DNA of 38,348 nucleotides from a virus. Taxonomy: Duplodnaviria; Caudoviricetes. The stretch is from IMG/VR virus record IMGVR_UViG_3300006752_003453, positions 1 through 38,348 of that record. One strand, 5' to 3'. Each line of letters opens with the position of its first letter. The first letter of the stretch is position 1. Positions 35,476-38,348 of the stretch are shown in pieces. Both the position numbers and the translations under genes were made by a program. The notes beneath the pieces are model-generated. The model had not been told where the DNA came from. It ran no database searches and was given only the letters and a program-made list of their open reading frames with translations.

Positions 35476-36915
35476 ATGGGTACAAAACTTAATATTTTAG
35501 TAGAAGAAGCAACTGACACATCTTATAAATGTATCAATACTAAAATAATAGATAAGTTAAGAGGTTGGCAGAAACAACCAGACATAGTATGGCAAAAAGG
35601 CAATCTACATGTTTGGAGGCTAATGCAGAAAAACAAAGAGCAGTTTAATTTTGTTCCTGTAAAGGAATTCAACAAAGCAGACGATACTCCTACAATTTAT
35701 CTTGTAACTATTCCTTTTATAAAAGATCATTTAAGTACCACTTGGGTACGTTGGTTACCTGATGCTACACAAAAGATTCTTAAAGAACATAATATACCAA
35801 TCGTGTTAAGTCAACCTCATGAATATTTTTTAGGTCATATAGAACAACACTCATATGGATTTCACCGCCCTTCAGAAACAATGTCATTATTCAGTGAGGC
35901 ATTAGATCAAAGAGGATTGCATACAAACGATATTATAATCCATGGTATAGCCGCAACTCATACTGCAAAAGGATTTATAGAAGTAGGACAAAGAAAAGTA
36001 TATGAAGCATACTGTTATGATTATTTTAATTCAGGTAGAGAATATATTAAAACCTATAAAAATAAGGATTTAAGTAATGAAAAGATGGAAAGATATAAAT
36101 TTTTATCTTTTGATAATCATATAGATGCTACTGACAAAAAGGATAAACTTGCTATATGTTTAAATAGACAGCCTAGAGATTTAAGATGCTTATTGCTATT
36201 AGCAAATGAAAAATACATGGATGATTCTATTTTTACATTTTTAGCAGAAGAACCTTTAAATGTTCCTATGCCTAAAGATGAGATACACGAAAAGTTTAAA
36301 ACCGCTTTAGACCTTTTACCAAACACACCATACACACAAAAATTATATAGTTCTATTGAACCTTTATTGAGACGGATACCAATGGAACTACAAGAACGTG
36401 AAGGTGAAAGGGAAGATCATATGAATGCCAACTATGCCTTAAATGAAGCAAGAAGAAGAGCATGGTTTGAAATGGTTACAGAAACACATGAATGGAATAA
36501 ACAGGATTTCTCTGTATCTATTATAACAGAAAAAACAATATGGCCTATTTTAAATAATATGCCTTTTTGCGTACAAGGACATAAAGAAAATTATACATTT
36601 TTAAAATATTTAGGGTTTAATATTTTTGAAGATGATTTAATTAATCAAGAGGTACTGAGACGAGAAATGGTACATGAAGATTTAAATAAAAGTTTATTAT
36701 ATGGAACAGAGCAAATGTTTGAAAGGTTTAATGCCTGGCATAAGAATGGAAAATATTTAATAAGCAGGAAAGATATAATACGACATAATTTTTCTTTACT
36801 AAGAGATATAGACTGGCAAGAAAAGGAAAAAAAGGATTTTATTAAAATACTAAATCATTCAAAGGCAACTAATACAAACGTTGACTCTTTTTTGCAAAAT
36901 AAATTTAATTATTAA
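35476..36915 (+). CDS. Putative glycosyltransferase-like protein (TEK family), paralog of 4960-6129
   Basis: ICLNRQPRDLR, FEMVTET, ITEKTIWPILNNMPFCVQG, LKYLGFNIFED. Confidence 0.55.
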   Translation: MGTKLNILVEEATDTSYKCINTKIIDKLRGWQKQPDIVWQKGNLHVWRLMQKNKEQFNFVPVKEFNKADDTPTIYLVTIPFIKDHLSTTWVRWLPDATQKILKEHNIPIVLSQPHEYFLGHIEQHSYGFHRPSETMSLFSEALDQRGLHTNDIIIHGIAATHTAKGFIEVGQRKVYEAYCYDYFNSGREYIKTYKNKDLSNEKMERYKFLSFDNHIDATDKKDKLAICLNRQPRDLRCLLLLANEKYMDDSIFTFLAEEPLNVPMPKDEIHEKFKTALDLLPNTPYTQKLYSSIEPLLRRIPMELQEREGEREDHMNANYALNEARRRAWFEMVTETHEWNKQDFSVSIITEKTIWPILNNMPFCVQGHKENYTFLKYLGFNIFEDDLINQEVLRREMVHEDLNKSLLYGTEQMFERFNAWHKNGKYLISRKDIIRHNFSLLRDIDWQEKEKKDFIKILNHSKATNTNVDSFLQNKFNY

Positions 36916-37558
36916 TTTTAATTCTATTGATAATAGTTTCAAATCCGTTATGAAACTTTCCTTTATTTTGTGACTTTACAAAACCGGTAACATTAACAAT
37001 AGTATCAACATCAAGTTTTTTATCATGAAAGAACTTTAAAATATGTTTATTCTCTACACTACAAGTAACAATATAACTCATAGTCCTTGGTATAAACCTA
37101 ACAAACTCTACAAGAACATCAAATGTTTCTCTTTGATGTAATGTACCAATCTTTTCACTTGTTCTGGATAGCATATTTTCCCTGTCAGTCCAACGATCTT
37201 GCTCTAACTTATTTAGATACACTTTGGGTAGACTTGCTGATATTCCTATTTGATCTTTCTGTATATTTTGTGACGTAACAAGTTTTAAAACATTTCTTTC
37301 AAAATCAGTAAGTTCTCTTTCAATTGCTTTAAAACTAAGGCCTTTTAAGTAATCAATAATTTCTACAGCAAGATCTGTGTCTTTTTCTGTGATATCTAAT
37401 TTATCAGAAGAGTAAAAGTGAGCATACAGTAAATCGCTATTAGACAGTTTACCTTCATATTTTTTATCAAATCGAACTTGATCTTTTTTTATAAAGCCTT
37501 TATTCTTACTATATGCAGAACAACTTGCAGATAATACTTCTAATAAATTTAATGACAT
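36905..37558 (-). CDS. Hypothetical protein, possible C-terminal OB fold
   Basis: AAGGAG RBS and own promoter. Beta-rich C-terminus (VTGFVK...ETIINRIK). Confidence 0.7.
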   Translation of the reverse strand: MSLNLLEVLSASCSAYSKNKGFIKKDQVRFDKKYEGKLSNSDLLYAHFYSSDKLDITEKDTDLAVEIIDYLKGLSFKAIERELTDFERNVLKLVTSQNIQKDQIGISASLPKVYLNKLEQDRWTDRENMLSRTSEKIGTLHQRETFDVLVEFVRFIPRTMSYIVTCSVENKHILKFFHDKKLDVDTIVNVTGFVKSQNKGKFHNGFETIINRIKINN

Positions 37559-37586
37559 TCGTTACTCCTTAAAAAACTATACATAT

Positions 37587-37614
37587 ATTATAGCAAATTA
37601 TGAGACTTTGTCAA
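37587..37614 (-). promoter_or_regulatory. Sigma70-type early promoter
   Basis: TTGACA-16 nt-TATAAT with TGn. The -35 contains the upstream TGA stop. Confidence 0.8.
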
Positions 37615-37952
37615 GTCTCATCTGGAAAAATATTACTTAAAATTGTATCTGCTTCTGTAGTAACATACGTTTTTATAGACTCTAAATCCAATACAACTTC
37701 TATTACATCTACTTTTGCATTTTTAATATTAATAGATTTGAGGATGTCAACAGGATGTTGTACCTCAATATAATCAGGTAACATCTCATTAGGAATGTCG
37801 ATAACTTCTCCATCATCTATTGTAATAGAGAAGTTATGAACAAAATCTTTTGGTATACTATTCGGAAAAACTTCCGTGAGAATCATCTCTAACGATTCCC
37901 CGTCTTCTGTACGTTTACCTAAAAGGACAATTTTGGTGCCCTTGTTAGACAC
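37611..37952 (-). CDS. Hypothetical protein (113 aa)
   Basis: GTG start abutting the upstream stop. Confidence 0.65.
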   Translation of the reverse strand: MSNKGTKIVLLGKRTEDGESLEMILTEVFPNSIPKDFVHNFSITIDDGEVIDIPNEMLPDYIEVQHPVDILKSINIKNAKVDVIEVVLDLESIKTYVTTEADTILSNIFPDET

Positions 37953-38348
37953 TTATGAAGTCTTTTTAGGTCTACCTGGTCCCTTCTTAGGGGCAAGGTT
38001 TGGGTCCATGGAATATGCCTGAGCTCTTTTAGATTCAGCATCAGCCATTAAGGCTTTCGCATCTTCTTCTAAAAGACCTGCTTGAATTAATAACCCTTCT
38101 GCTTCTCCTTCTACACCTGTATCTACTGGTGCTGGTCTTTCCAATGTTTCTGGAGCAACTTCAGTATTTAATGGTGGATTAGATCCTGCTTCCATTTTAT
38201 TAATTTCTGCATTTACTTCTGCTAAAGATATACTATCAGCAGGTGTTGGTGTAAGACTTACATCATTTGCACTAACTTTAATAAGTTTTTTACTAAAGTG
38301 CAAGTCATTTAGCATATTAGAACCGTCAGTAAAGTTTCTTCTAGATAA
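37953..38348 (-). CDS. Hypothetical protein, 5'-truncated by window edge
   Basis: Frame is open to position 38348. Ends in a basic AT-hook-like KGPGRPKK. Confidence 0.65.
   Translation of the reverse strand, partial: LSRRNFTDGSNMLNDLHFSKKLIKVSANDVSLTPTPADSISLAEVNAEINKMEAGSNPPLNTEVAPETLERPAPVDTGVEGEAEGLLIQAGLLEEDAKALMADAESKRAQAYSMDPNLAPKKGPGRPKKTS

Noticed and set aside
1-38348. Alternative genetic code (stop-codon reassignment) as in some large phages
   Set aside because: Genes are full length and tightly tiled under code 11, and TAA, TGA and TAG all end genes at coupled junctions.

Overview
AT-rich, densely coded fragment of a large dsDNA phage with T4-like replication and transcription logic: family B DNA polymerase, probable sliding clamp, T4 RNase H-like 5'-3' exonuclease, DsbA-like protein, tRNA-Arg(UCU), sigma70-type early promoters and ATAAATA late-type motifs. 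It uses the standard genetic code. Two convergent modification modules dominate. (1) + strand, <1-15393: six paralogous radical SAM enzymes (five visibly with an N-terminal Twitch/SPASM-like Cys domain) clustered with a UDP-glucose dehydrogenase, a GT-B/'TEK' glycosyltransferase-like protein, a CmcH/NodU carbamoyltransferase with a coupled 48-aa DPFIYR peptide, a 9-repeat GT-A-like polyprotein and a SAM methyltransferase. This is most plausibly a glycan-building and tailoring system of unknown target. (2) - strand, 21682-30455: a 7-deazaguanine DNA modification pathway (TGT/DpdA-like, DpdL/QueD-like T-fold, FolE, QueE) interleaved with a GT4-like glycosyltransferase, GalE, a purine phosphoribosyltransferase and an Hc1-like protein, directly downstream of polymerase and clamp. 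No QueC or canonical QueD is present in the window. The interval between the tRNA and the MoxR gene holds two candidate structured ncRNAs, one with an anti-Shine-Dalgarno-like loop. All family assignments come from motif recognition by eye, not database searches.
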